Shown here piece after piece: positions 50,512-63,175 of a stretch of 64,000 bases of DNA. Under the pieces are notes generated by a model that was not told the origin of the DNA, did no database searches, and was given only the letters and a program-made list of their open reading frames with translations. A program made the translations under genes and the position numbers. Origin of the DNA: Cirrosporium novae-zelandiae (lineage: Eukaryota); contig JAPETS010000026.1 in NCBI GenBank assembly GCA_026023565.1, forward strand, positions 186,001 to 250,000, read 5' to 3'. Every line of letters starts with the position of its first letter. Positions within the stretch are counted from its first letter, which is position 1.

Positions 50512-51249
50512 GGCTCGAAAGAAGAGGAGGTTAATTAGATATCGGCCCTAAGTTCATTTGAAGAAAATTAATGACTTGCTGTGACCCTAGGGTAGTGAAG
50601 AGTGATAAATTAAAGAATGTTGGACTGACTCTTTTTCTTTTTCCGTTTCAACTATGATCACTTGGACTTATTTTATAAAAAGTATGCAATTAGGGAGGTA
50701 ATAAATAGGCTAATAGTAAAAGGATTGTTGATCCAGAAACCTATGTTAGTTTCCTATTTGAAAAGAAATGTATTGCCAGAGAAATAATACAAAATTCCAA
50801 GTTAGCCTGTGGTATGTCCCATGGGCCCCTTGGATATATGGAAGAGAATGAAATCAAATAGGTAGATTCTCCGAGAAGTGGTCTCGAGAAAAGATCTTGA
50901 GGTTAACATGAAAACCAGGTTGGGTTCGATTCCCAAGTGATTGGTCACTCTGGTATCAGTGTTCTTCTAACAGATAATGCTCACTAGCTTTTGAAGGAAG
51001 CGGTAAAAAGGAACGTATCACAAAAGTGTATCGTATACGTGTAACTCATGCATACATTATCAATCCTATACTACTATATACATGCAGAGTTGCATCACTA
51101 GTCTCAATTAAACAAACTTTGAGGAGACTCTTGATTCGAATTTGAAAAGCCTCTCCGCACGTTAGTGCATACTGGAATTCTGTTTTAAGTGGGCCCAGAT
51201 TCTATCTGGGAGACTTGTGGTTGTCAGCCAAGATGTACACTTCAAGGGA

Positions 51250-51735
51250 CTAGGGCTGAATTCTCAAACCTTTCTTAACATTATCCCACGTAAACCGATT
51301 GATGTTTTCATATAGATACACCTGGATTCGACGGCCCATCTCTACTTCGTCAACACCTTCTTGCTCCCTATATTCTCGGATACGACCGTTTTTGGTCACG
51401 ATCAAATCCTTCAGCTCCGGAACCTTACTGGTTCGAAGGATGCCGCGTTCAGAGTAGGAGGTCATATCCAGCTGAGACATGTAAACGAGAATATCGCCCT
51501 AAAATTGATTAGCGTTTCTTTCGTATTGTAACACTTGAACTTTTACCAGTATCTCCTCAAATAATAGTCGACCATGATTTAGATCGGCATCAACGTAAGC
51601 AGATTTATTTGCCCCCACGCTTTGAAACAATGCTATCAGCTGCGTCCGCTCTTTGGATCGTTTAAAATCAGATAGATGCTTGTTCCATAGCACAGGCTTG
51701 AAATCCAATGTCAATTTTTGCTCCTCTGTCGCCAT
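51250..51735 (-). CDS. Small hypothetical protein, 2 exons
   Basis: Intron ~51546-51499 (GTAAAA..GCTAAT..TAG) joins the two ORFs in frame. Confidence 0.65.
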
Positions 51736-53420
51736 TACCTAGAGAGTTTGATGAAATTGCAGAATTGGCGATAAGACTACGGCTACGGGAATTTCTAATC
51801 TTCCCCGCAACTACCCATGGTTGTAACACTGCTCATTGGCTAACTCAATTAATCCGCACTGACTTTATTTCAACTTCATTTGTTATTTTGATATATATTA
51901 TACAATACCATCAGAATTTTACCCCAAAATTATTATTTTGTGATAGAATCGTGAAACTACAATTAGATGAAATTGGGGGTGGGGGATTTGACTGTGCATT
52001 TTTGGAGGTGTGTTGGGAAATACAAGGTTTCAGAGGAATCCGACATATCCGAGAAATTCCTGGCTAGGGTGTATCCTTTCAATTCACAACAAGGAGCCAT
52101 TAGCAAGGTAGGCGCATATTTCACCCTTTTCTGGTCACTACCATGCAGGATTGGCTATGTCAAAACATCAAGCCTCCTGGAAAGAAAAATGGGTGTGCAA
52201 TTAAATTTTCCAAGCTTGTGAATGAACACGCAACCAATAATAATATAAAAAGAATGCAAGGTTAGGCTTCTTATTTACACTGTAGTTATCTAAACTGGAA
52301 TCTGTTCCGATCCAGTTGCCCTCCCAAGGTCTAAAAAACTAGATTTTATCCCTACACATGCGTCGGTATCCTTCTAGGCATGTTGAGGAGCAGCCAGCCA
52401 AGAGAGGAAGCGCCTAGCTCCTATCATGAGTTACAGAAAGAATTTTTGGTACCCTAGAAATTGGTTGACCAATTTAAACCATAGCAGTTTTTTCTGTGCT
52501 CTAATCTAGGCAAAGCTGTGTTCCCCCTCTTCGATCTTCTGTATTCGATCTTCTTTACTTTTATCATCGTTTTGATTCAAGATACATACATATTTCTTTA
52601 TCTCACAGTTTTCGCAGAAAATTATTTATCAATTCAAAGGTCAGAGGTATAAACTAGTGATCAACTCAACTATGAAGTAAATCAGGAGTTCAAGAATCAA
52701 AACCTTCATTCCAGTTCTACTGAACGCCATCGCCATTCCCCCGAAATTTCCTCTACGTGGATTCAAGGGTATCCTGAGAACATTTCCTCTCGACTTCAAC
52801 GGAACTACTCTGGAAAGCTTTCTGAAATTAAAGAGTCTTTTGTTGATTATGAAGCATGGGATAGGCCAGTTGGAAAAGCTGCTTGACCAAGGAGTTTTGT
52901 TTTGGGCCGTGATCAATATCTGAGTTGGAAGATTACCGTTAATCAAACGTTACTGACTTTTGGGGGTTAGAAGGATTGCTCCTCGTACATTTCAGACTAT
53001 TGATATCGATCTTGCTTTTTTGAAAAGAGAGGAAATTCTCATGCAAGGAAGCACACCTTGCTTTCGAAAAACCAAAACCCTTATACGTAGGTAGTCCAGA
53101 ACCTCAGCTAATGACATTGTTTTCTAGGTCTTGGATTATTACGTTACTGACAATTGATAGCGGTTACAGCGCCAAGCCGATTATCTGGACAGGCGTGAAA
53201 GCTACTCTAGCCAATTTTTTATTATTCCTTTCTCCCTATAGTGTTTTCGATTAACGAAGAGCTTACAATTGATAAAAGTAAGCTAAATATTATACTTTCG
53301 CAAATAATAGATCTACATCGATGCTGATTGAATCAACCAATAGCGCAGAAGTCCATGTCCATCACCACCACAGATTTAACCCAAGGCTTTCCCACTCTCC
53401 AAATATCTCTCCGGGCAATT

Positions 53421-53834
53421 TCAACCTCTACTGTCTTCCTGAAGTGGGTACTGCTGATATATTTCTCGGATATCATTTTCGTTTTGATGCTGGTTATATT
53501 TGTGAGCAGCTAATGCATATCCCATCGTCAAATGGCATACCTCAGCTATGATCCTTTGAGCTTCCTCCGTATAGCTCACAAGTTGTTCCACTTCCATCCG
53601 ACCGAGCCCTCTACTTTGCACCCAGTTGTCTACCGCTTCAATGTTCCAGTGATTATGATGCCCAATCTCTGGAAATCCTTCTCGAAGACGTCTTAAACGG
53701 TCGCGAAGTCCGACAATCGTCCGACTTTGCCCACACTTTTGGTTGATGAGATGGGCACAAGTCTCGTGGTATACACCCCTTGATATCCAAAATATAAGTA
53801 CAATCAACTCTGCATCGGACCAATCTTTAGCCAT
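53421..53834 (-). CDS. Small Myb/SANT-like protein
   Basis: DWSDAELIVLIFWISRG..CAHLINQKCGQSRTIVGLRDRL. Confidence 0.6.
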   Translation of the reverse strand: MAKDWSDAELIVLIFWISRGVYHETCAHLINQKCGQSRTIVGLRDRLRRLREGFPEIGHHNHWNIEAVDNWVQSRGLGRMEVEQLVSYTEEAQRIIAEVCHLTMGYALAAHKYNQHQNENDIREIYQQYPLQEDSRG

Positions 53835-53968
53835 ATTGGTGACGGTCGAAAAGAAGATCATACCCAAAAATTCAAATGGAGAAACGAAATAATATATTGG
53901 GAGAATTCTAATTTATACTATTTAGACCAAAGGATGTTATACCCTGCCTGAGATTACTTCGCCGCTCT

Positions 53969-54515
53969 CTAGCTGTCATCCGTTTCTTCTACCTTCCTCT
54001 GCCCAGAGACCTGAAGAGCGGCAGATCTCGGTTCTTCAAGGGCCGAAATAAGATCCAATATCCAGGTTCTCAAAGTCTCACCGACATAAATTCTCAGAGC
54101 CTCTAATTTCCTAACCTAATTAGTTTTATTTTAAGATCATGTGGACGTTGATCTCACTTCGCCTGGGCTTCAAGTCTATTCGTTTATTAATTCCCTTATC
54201 AATTTGCGATGAGGGGAGACATTACTCTTGTTGGAGTTGTTCAACTCGTAAGTGGAGTTCTTCCATTTCAGTAATGCTAATTTGAGTTTCATTCTTTATG
54301 CAGACATGCGGCGCAGTTTGCTCGGCTAAGGTAGAAGTATGTGAAGAGGTATTTTCTGGACCAACCAGTGGTTCAGGCAACCAGAAATCTGAATCAAGTT
54401 CTAGTGCAGGCAATTTGGAGAAGTCAAAGCAAGAGAAGTCCTCGCTTGCATGGAGGTGTGGACTAGCGGGTTCTTGAAAAAAACTGTCCCAGAACTGCTG
54501 CTCGCTTTGTGACAT
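53969..54515 (-). CDS. Protein with acidic/aromatic N-terminus and coiled coil, multi-exon
   Basis: FWDSFF/DFW-rich N-terminus, MEELHLRVEQLQQE, downstream intron-like segments. Confidence 0.5.
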
Positions 54516-55109
54516 GGTGAAGGATTCTAGGAACAGAGAAGGCTGGTTTTATGGTTTTTGTTGTAGGCAGCTCCATCTTTTATATTCTTTGAAGCCTTAT
54601 ACCTTGGTCCATGCAGCGCTTCTTCAACCATTATTCCAGAGAGCTCGCAGAGATTTCTATTATTCACCACTCGGTTCAAATATTGTGATCACCCATCATT
54701 CAAAAATATTATCTTAGTTACTCGCTTTGATTTGTTGTAACGGGCTGACCATCCTTTGCCGCCTTTACGACGAAGCGCTACCTTTAGTGGCAGTTGGCGT
54801 GCACGTCCTCATTTCCCCGGAACGAGTTTTGACCCGCTATGATAGGATTACTTGGCCCGGAGTACAAGCTTCCCCAAAACCCTTGAACCTGGGTGAACTT
54901 CGATTAACTTTTCCCAAAACAGATGAACTAGCTTGCGCTAAGAAGCACATTTCACACCCGCACACAATAGTAGATATTGGTAGTCGCTAATTGGTCTGTG
55001 GTATCACTCACTATAAGCGCAAGCGCGAAAAATAAAACCTCAGTAAAGTATATTAGCATCTGATCGCAACCTGATCATTTAATTCTACAATTCTTTATCG
55101 CAATTATTG

Positions 55110-55706
55110 ATGATGGGCTCTCGTACTAACCCAGGGGGGAAAAGGCTTTGGACTGACGTCGAACATCAACGACTTGTACAAATTATTGAGAGGAACCCCA
55201 GAGCCTCTCGTGGCAAGCTAGTGGAGCTTTTTAATAAGGGGCTTCAGCCTGATCAACGGCGCAGCTACGATGGTGTTTCGCAAAGGGCTAAGGTCATTCT
55301 CAATCCGAACTCAGCAAAGAAACCCAAAGCAAAGCGCAAAATAGCTACGCAGAGCCACACAAAAAGGCAGATCGCACCGTTACCTCCTATCAACAAGACC
55401 ACCATTTCTACTACGACCCAGTCCATGGCATCCGTAAATCTCCTCTCCCACACCCAGCTAGGATTTGGTCAAGGAGCGCACCCTCCAATACCATCGGTAA
55501 GTGATTACGGCATTATATGCATGTGTTCATACTTACACTTTTTCCAGGATCATCAAATCTCGATACCTGGCTTTACTTCAAACACAGTACCGGTGACCGG
55601 AGATAATCTAGAAATGCCTTATGTTCCGCAGATGTCTGCATCACTCTACCCACCTTATTATTTGATGCTTTACCCTTCTCAGATTCCTGTTCAGGAGAAA
55701 CGTTAA
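55110..55706 (+). CDS. Myb/SANT-like HTH protein
   Basis: KRLWTDVEHQRLVQII..LVELFN..RSYDGVSQR followed by a basic patch. Confidence 0.6.
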   Translation: MMGSRTNPGGKRLWTDVEHQRLVQIIERNPRASRGKLVELFNKGLQPDQRRSYDGVSQRAKVILNPNSAKKPKAKRKIATQSHTKRQIAPLPPINKTTISTTTQSMASVNLLSHTQLGFGQGAHPPIPSVSDYGIICMCSYLHFFQDHQISIPGFTSNTVPVTGDNLEMPYVPQMSASLYPPYYLMLYPSQIPVQEKR

Positions 55707-56284
55707 TTTGTATTGATTATTGGCTGGCTATTTGAGATTTTCATGTTTTTGTTTATAGAAATTCATATTCATAGATGTTCCAATTTAATCATATTCAACC
55801 ACGGATTCCCTTTTTTTACTTTCATACTCCACTTATCACTTCCACTCGCCACCACCATTACTTTCACTCACCACCACCATTACCTTCACTTGCCACCACG
55901 CACAGTCGTCACCACCTTCAATCCTGACCTCTTTGTCTTTGCTCACCTCCTTCTATCGCTTTCTATTCATTAGGCCCACCAACTGTCTGCACGATCTCCA
56001 CACATGGGAATCATATAGCCGCTCTTTCACTCCAAGCATTTCAATTTTCGTCACTCATATCCCATTCTTAGAATTTGGCAAACTCCACTTGTAGTTCTGG
56101 GGATGCTTCCATGCGCGCGGTTTAATCATGAATGAGTAGAAAATGAATATTAAAAGGTTAATATCACTACCCTTAGATTATTGTCTTTACACAACAAGTT
56201 TTTTAGACCAAACCAAACTTACTCATAATATTCAATCCAAATTCTCTTGCCAAACCACCACATTCGTCCATTTTGCCTATCCCC

Positions 56285-57121
56285 ATGGCTACACAGGTTA
56301 CTCTCGCCCTAGCTAATAAGGAAAATACACTAATAGAATTATAGATAGTATCAACACGATCTACTAGTCAGGCATGCGAGAGATGTCAAGGTCGATCTCA
56401 CTGGGAGTTTCTGAAAGATTTTTTCCGCCGGGAGGAGACGGCGTGGAATTGTGCCCGTACATACGAACAGATGCTACAGCAAGCTGTAGCAAATGCCCAG
56501 AACGACAAAATTGCTATAATAAATTTGAACAGTCATCTACAACAGTTACAGAATCTCCTTAACGAAGCCCGTGAGGCACAAGCCCGCTGTGGGAAAGAAC
56601 TACAAGCCGAACGTATGGAGCGAATCGCTTTGCAGGAACTTTATACAGCGGAAAAAGAAAATCATTCTGAATCTTGCGAGGAACTCTTGCGAGTTCGTCG
56701 AACACTAGAGCATGTCGACGAACTTGTCGATATGATGAGGCTCGAAGAAGACTCTAACCTGCAACTGGACGATCGATCTCGAACTGTTACAGAGATTGTG
56801 TTAGGAATCAAAGCAAAGGAGGATCAGTTCGATAGGATGGAAAAGGCGTTCAGGGCGGAAATGAAGCAAAAGCTAGATGAGAAGGCCAAGATTCTCTATG
56901 ATAAAGATCGCCAAATCTATGAACTGCAGAAGATGCTACAAGAGGAGCGCTGGGACCGTCACAAAGAAACCATAAAGACAATGGTAGGCAGCGCAACTCG
57001 CGGTGGAAGAAGACGTCAGCCTCGTCGTGGGAGAAACAGGACAAGGAGAGAATCTAGCGAGTCTAAGCAATCTGATGATCAGAGTGGGCCTAGAGCTGAA
57101 GAGCACCCGGCCTTCTCTTAA
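56285..57121 (+). CDS. Coiled-coil protein with Arg-rich tail
   Basis: ORF 56471-57121 with probable short 5' exon at ATG 56285. Confidence 0.6.
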
Positions 57122-57463
57122 GCCAAGATTGCCATTGAGTTGAAGGTAACCGATAACAAAGTTGTATTGGCCTGGTGCCAAAGAACTTTCCAATTTCTAT
57201 TTTTCAGAGTCGCTTAATGATAGTATGAAGTCTAGGGTCTCTAAATTGCATATCTAGAAAAGATGGAAGGCATAGAAGTTACTTGAACTATCTCTTTCCT
57301 GTACTGTCCTTAATGATTCACTGGTTATATTTCGAGTAGAATAAGCTGAAATCAGAGAGTGACGGCCTTAACATAAAACTACCATATAAGACGTATTCAA
57401 GCCGTTTCATTATCGCTAACAGGCACGTAAAAAACAATCTGTGTTGTCCCGACACTGCTGCTA

Positions 57464-58504
57464 CTAAACCCTTGTTCGTTCAGCATCTCGGATGGCCTCG
57501 ATTGTGCAATCATCAATCCCATCATCCCTGAGGGTCTCTAACCAATTTGGCGTGCTGGTTTTGTTTGATATTTGAGATTGAAAGGCCGGGGGTGGCAAAG
57601 CTGGGAGAGAAGGGAGGCTCTCAGCTGAAGATATATATATAGAAAAGCTACGTGGAGGGGAGTAGGAGGAGCGGTTTTGGGATGCTTGTCTATTTGTTGT
57701 ACTGGCCATCGGGTGACCTTCTAAATCTTCATTGTCGGAGGGGCTATTGCGCAATGAACCGCCGCCGGGAGGGTGAAAAGTAAGAGTAACTAATAACTGG
57801 CGTACGGCAATAGTAGCCTTGACCCCTAGTCAATACGAAGCAACCTAAAATTGGGATACAAGACTCACGGCAAGCATCAGGAATGATATCAATTTGACTT
57901 CATAGAATACTACTGCAATGATCATCATAATCACGACAAGTATTGCTAGCGAAATATATAACCAAGTACGCTGAGCGGTTTTCCAGTCATTAGCACTCAT
58001 TAATCCAACATCCAAGGCGGATGCTGCCAACGAAAGTAAGAAGGTGATTGTTTTGAATTGTAGTCTTTCGTTTTCATAGCTCCAAGTATATAGCCCAGCA
58101 AGAACTATCTTAATAGCAAGCAAAACCATTTTCAAGGATGTGAGTATTCTTGAACGGCTGAAAATTCTCAAGACCATATACTTATTGATCCATCAGCACA
58201 CAGTCAAAAATGGCCCCGGTATTCTTACCTCAAAAGCAGATAGCAGTATGCTAAGCACGAGGAAGAAAATATAAAGCCCAAAGGTCATGTCCCTTGATAC
58301 TAATATCGTAGTCAAAACTGCAACGATGGTCTGGAATGTAAACCCCAGAGCAACGGTCCCCAAGCACGTTTTGAATAAAGTATATGCCCAGAGCAGAAAT
58401 AAATTCCAAATAATTATGAGCATGAAACTGTTGGCAATCAACATAACGAAGAATATGTTGCGTCGTCCTAAAGGAGTTGGCGGGCTATTGTAACGGAAAC
58501 CCAT
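57464..58504 (-). CDS. Orphan 7-transmembrane (GPCR-like) protein, possible 1-bp frameshift at exon 3
   Basis: ORFs 58193-58504, 57845-58177 and 57464-57754 are separated by introns; seven hydrophobic segments and a Ser/Pro-rich tail. Confidence 0.6.
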
Positions 58505-58614
58505 CGTTATTTAACCAAAAAATATTGTCTCTTTCAAGTATTTGTGACCTGAGAGAGCGGGTTAGTCAATAACGTCTAAGATTTCTAATACATTCGCCTT
58601 GGTGCTGCATATCT

Positions 58615-58817
58615 GGACCCCCGTTGAGATACATTTTTGGACCCCTTTGATGCCTTCGTATTAATTGGGGACCCCATTGAGGACCCCATTGAGGACCCCA
58701 ACGGAGTCTCCGATCCTAGTTGTGGACCCAATGAGGTTCCATAAGCTCAGGCCTCCAATGGGGTCCTCAATGGGGTCCTCAATGGGGTCCTCAATGGGGT
58801 CCTCAATGGGGTCCTCA
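58615..58817. repeat. Opposed arrays of a 12-bp repeat (GGACCCCATTGA x~3 plus degenerate copies; TCAATGGGGTCC x5)
   Basis: Seen directly at 58669-58700 and 58755-58817. Confidence 0.9.
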
Positions 58818-59398
58818 TTCTCCCGTCTTCGATGAAGGAGGGCTAGGGGTCAGGGATCTCTTGATAAATGCACACCCCATCAATATAGACTAGAGTAGAA
58901 TAGATTAAGTTAGATAAAAGCGGAAGTGAGTTAGAGGCTTTCGTACACTTGGTGAGTTATTTTTCACGCCGACGTAATTATTTCCTCCCCATCTGTGCCA
59001 CGCTTTGCTGTCAGCTGAATTATATGTAAATCAGATCTTCAACCCTCCACACCTAATTCCGAGATCCCTGATATTGTTGCCAAACTGGTTTTCCACTTAG
59101 ATCCTTGAACCTTTATCTCCAACGATCCCTTTTTCTTTCGATATCTGAGACGGCTAGCCCGAAGATATGATTGTGTCTCTTATTCATAATAGGGTAGATA
59201 TTATCACGTTGAGTCAAAGGAAGATACACCCATGTAGAGAGAACACTACCTCGAAAAGCTAAAAATGATCCTTCTGATTAGTATATTACTAGGATATATC
59301 AAGATCATGTTTGCTTTATTCTGTTTTCCATTTTCTTTATCTTCTATCACTTTTTTACCTTTAGTCTTTTTTGTTACACTATCATCAATTGTTTGGAA

Positions 59399-60253
59399 AT
59401 GGATCACAATCATCAACAACAGATGATATTACCATATGATAATTCATTTGAATACTCAGTTCTGCCTACATGCATTCCTCAAACAATGTGTCAATTTCCT
59501 GCATACCTTCCTCAAACAATGTGTCAATTTCCTGTATACCTTCCTCAAACAGCATGTCAATGGCCTTGGCAGGTGAATCCTACGACTACGTATTCACCAC
59601 CAACATTGCCAGCAACTACTACAACCGATTTTTTGCCGGCAACTACTACAGCTGGTTCTTTGCCAGCAACTACTACAGCCGGTTTTTTGCCAGCAACTAC
59701 TACAACCTGTTCTTTGCCAACTGAAACTAAAAGAAGAAAGAGGATGACGGTTGAAGTCCAAAATAAAATACTTCAATATCATGAAAATAACCCGAAAGCC
59801 AAACAAACCGAGATTGGAGGTAAGTTTAACTACAATTTTTTTATTTTCAAGCTAAGAATTTTACAGCCATATTCGGATATGAGAGAAGGTAATTGGATAG
59901 CCCAATATTTTACTATTCTGCAACTGATAAATTGTTATTCCAGTACGATTTCAAGACTCTTAAGGAAACGTTCTAAGGGCAAATTCCCTAAAATCTTGAC
60001 GAAATGTTCTCTATCGTCTAGAATAGAAAAAGAACTTTGGAATTGGGCACATAAGCAACAACAGAAAGGCTTTTCTGTCACCGATGATGCCCTACAGAAG
60101 AAAGCACAGTTCTTCCTATCTTCTATCGACCCAGACCCAGACCCAGAGTCTCATCGGGAAATTAACGGCTACACCTGGTTTGAAAACAATCTCTACACTA
60201 GACTAAGCGACAAAAGCTCCCCCCATTCCTGTAATTATAGACGAAAACAGTGA
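59399..60253 (+). CDS. CENP-B/Tc5-type double-HTH protein without a DDE domain
   Basis: RKRMTVEVQNKILQYHENNPKAKQTEIG..STISRLLRK..IEKELWNW..VTDDALQKKAQFF; two short introns; N-terminal 33-bp and 27-bp coding repeats. Confidence 0.7.
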   Translation: MDHNHQQQMILPYDNSFEYSVLPTCIPQTMCQFPAYLPQTMCQFPVYLPQTACQWPWQVNPTTTYSPPTLPATTTTDFLPATTTAGSLPATTTAGFLPATTTTCSLPTETKRRKRMTVEVQNKILQYHENNPKAKQTEIGGKFNYNFFIFKLRILQPYSDMREGNWIAQYFTILQLINCYSSTISRLLRKRSKGKFPKILTKCSLSSRIEKELWNWAHKQQQKGFSVTDDALQKKAQFFLSSIDPDPDPESHREINGYTWFENNLYTRLSDKSSPHSCNYRRKQ

Positions 60254-61182
60254 TAGCCAATCCAATCAATTCGGTTTCCTCCGACCATCTCCGAAATATC
60301 GTCGCCCGAAAAATTAGAACCCAAAGCAGGTCAGCATCCAAATCTAGATGAAGAGGAAAATCAAGGAGGAACGGGGGAGCTTTGATCAGTCAAGTCCACC
60401 AACTTTGGAGAGCATAAGGATCCAAAAAGTTGTCAATCTCTTTTGTAAAGTATTCTTGGTGGATGGTGCAAGGAGATTGCGAGCCAACTTCCTCGGTGAC
60501 GGAATTACCGTTCAAATATCTCGTAGTGGAATGTTTGCAACTATAATGTGGATGGTTCTGGGATCGCAAAATTATTGCTTTTATAATACTAAGTCTTTTG
60601 ACATTCTATCCTCGCTTAAACACTATTATGATGTTATTATCAACTTTACCATTAGGTCTTCCTAACGTTGCTAGCCTTATGTATTGATGCCCTTTTTCGC
60701 TGAGGGCTTGGAAAAACTATGTAGTTTTGACTTTCACCAACTAGTCCTCCGCCCTGAGAAATACATATCGAAAAAAATGAAGAATACTGAGGCATACGCC
60801 GTAGACGGAAGAACAAAAAGGATTTGTACCTAAACTACTGAGCAGTTTGAGAGAGTGTGAGATTGGGACACGAACGTAGTAGAAGCCAGAGCTAGCGAGA
60901 AAAACATACCCTAAGGGAGCAGTCAAGGTACGTTCAACTTCATCTTTAATCTAAGCGTCCTTATCGATTCTAGGTATAAGTGATGGCTCTAGTGCAATAG
61001 GCCATGTACAGAAAGTTTCAGTGTTAAGCTACCAATATCTAAATTAGTAACTTCCCTAATAATAAAACCCACCGTTCCATAGAGATGGTAACTCTTCACT
61101 ATATTCATGTCAACTTATAAAGTTATAAGATATAGGAGAGTGAAGTTAATATAATGTAGATTTTTCTTGTAGCACACGTAAT

Positions 61183-61571
61183 AAGACCAGACCGATTAGA
61201 CCAAGGGGGTCGGTCTATGAAAATCCGAGGCCCGGTCTCGTCACGTGATACAATTATACAATATAAGCTGTACAGAGCGCGGACAAATTTTTACACCTAG
61301 ATTTACAACCCCTCATCTTGTCTCCACGTGATATCACGCGGAGATAAGATAGTTACTAATCGATACGAAATAAAATACCGAGCTCCGATACTCTTAAATT
61401 TCCCCAACAAATCTCTACATCACACTCAACACCACAAAAATATGCCCCCCACTTTATAATTCGCATTTATATAGACCAGATAGACCTTGGAAAATCAAGG
61501 TCTGGTCGGTCTAAGGTCTATAGACCGTCTATAGTAGACCGTCTATTTGGTCCAGTCTATTGCCAACCCTG
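61183..61571. mobile_element. Possible one-ended DNA-transposon (hAT-like) relic with TAGACC/GGTCTA subterminal repeats
   Basis: Many AGACC/GGTCT copies in both orientations, ending in ..GTCTATTGCCAACCCTG (reverse complement CAGGGTTGGCAATAGAC). Confidence 0.4.
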
Positions 61572-62160
61572 TAGACTGTAGACAAGACAACGGTTCGAGC
61601 CCTTCCACCCCTCGTAGATATTTTGAACTCCTTAACCCGGTTTTCTGTAACCACTGGGGAAATGGGTGCCTCGGGCTGTGTCTGTGTTTAGGAAATTCTA
61701 GGGTTTCCTCCTTTTTATGCCCTGATTATTAGGCTATTGGTAGTCAATCACGTGCCGCTAGATGTGTGCCTGAGGCATGGATACGACTACGCTAATTCCA
61801 ACCCCCAACAGAAGCCTATGAAAACCACAACAGACGCGTTGGCATACCTACTACACATGTACAGCAAACTATTATTAAGATAGCCATATAAATTATCATA
61901 CTATCCAAAATGGAAAAATGGAGAATCAAATTCCATATTGTTTACGCTTGGCAGAGGACGTATGTATAATTTCAGAGATGACCAGTTAACGATAAAGCTC
62001 TGTATCAGATGATAGCCGAGTGGGACGGCTCGTAGTATAGTACAGATGGCGTTTCTTAAATGAGAAATCTCGACTTGAAGTTTCGTTTGTTATTCCTTCT
62101 TGCTACCAACTGCCCAACCCCAGCAATAATTGACAACTTCCTGGAGAATTACAACAGAAT

Positions 62161-63072
62161 ATGAAGCCTAACCCTGCTCGGTCTATATTATCACGAAATA
62201 CAACTTGCATAAACCACCAAACCGGCCAAAAAAGGTCTCATGCCCAACAATTAAACCATGAGGATAAGAACAATCAAAAGAAAAAGCGTCATGCTTCGGA
62301 AACAAACCAGAATTTAGTTAGAAGGATTGAGGACCTAGAAAAGCGCAATCGTTCCCTACAAGATATTATAGATATCCTTCATGGCCGAGTCTCGTTGTTG
62401 GAGACTGGATTGAAGCCACAATCCTACATCGCAAGCTTTACACGGTCGGATCATCTTCATGACCGAGTCTCGTTATTGGAGACTGAGTTCAAACCATACA
62501 AATGTCAATCCTGCACCGCAAGCTTTACACGGTCGGACCATCTTCACAGGCATATTGTTACTTTCAAAGACGATAGACATATTGCTCTTAATAATCTTTT
62601 CAAAAAGAATTACTGCGAAAAATGCAATCGGGGTTTTAGAAGATCGTGTGATTTTATTCGCCATCTAAACAACCATAAAAAAAACCCCGGTTTTGGTTCT
62701 GATTGTGATTCGAAGCAAACCGAAAGTAAGAGCCTAATATTTTTTCTATTCTCTCGATCATAATTCTAAAGCGCAATAGGATTTTCGTCAACAAATCCTT
62801 CGGAGACAGAACATACACTATCGAATTGCCTTATCAATACAAGCCACACTCACGATGAATCAACTGGTGAACACCTCTGGCCCACAGGCCAGTTTTCATT
62901 AAATACGGCCTCTTATTGTCCTCCGGCATATCCAGCGCCCGAAACTTTTTTGTTGAATGAGGGTTTGGATAACAATATATCATGGGCAGATGAATTTTTT
63001 CGGACGGGACCATATCCCCATGGCATCCCAAGTGTATATGGGGAAAACTTTGATCGAGAGCTCAAAGATTAA
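62161..63072 (+). CDS. Coiled-coil plus C2H2 zinc-finger protein, 2 exons
   Basis: YKCQSCTASFTRSDHLHRH and YCEKCNRGFRRSCDFIRHLNNH; intron ~62726-62779; stop at 63070-63072. Confidence 0.8.
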
Positions 63073-63175
63073 TGCTCTTCAATGGTTGGAGATTTGTTTG
63101 TACAGATGCTATTATATTTGTGTTCCCTAGCCTCAGAATTACGCAACCCCTAAACTCTTTAATCATGATGCCCCA

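Noticed and set aside
50880..50945. B-box-like GGTTCGATTCCC
   Set aside because: No convincing D-arm or acceptor stem
52600..53300. Possible plus-strand gene relic
   Set aside because: No consistent start or splice model and no recognisable motif
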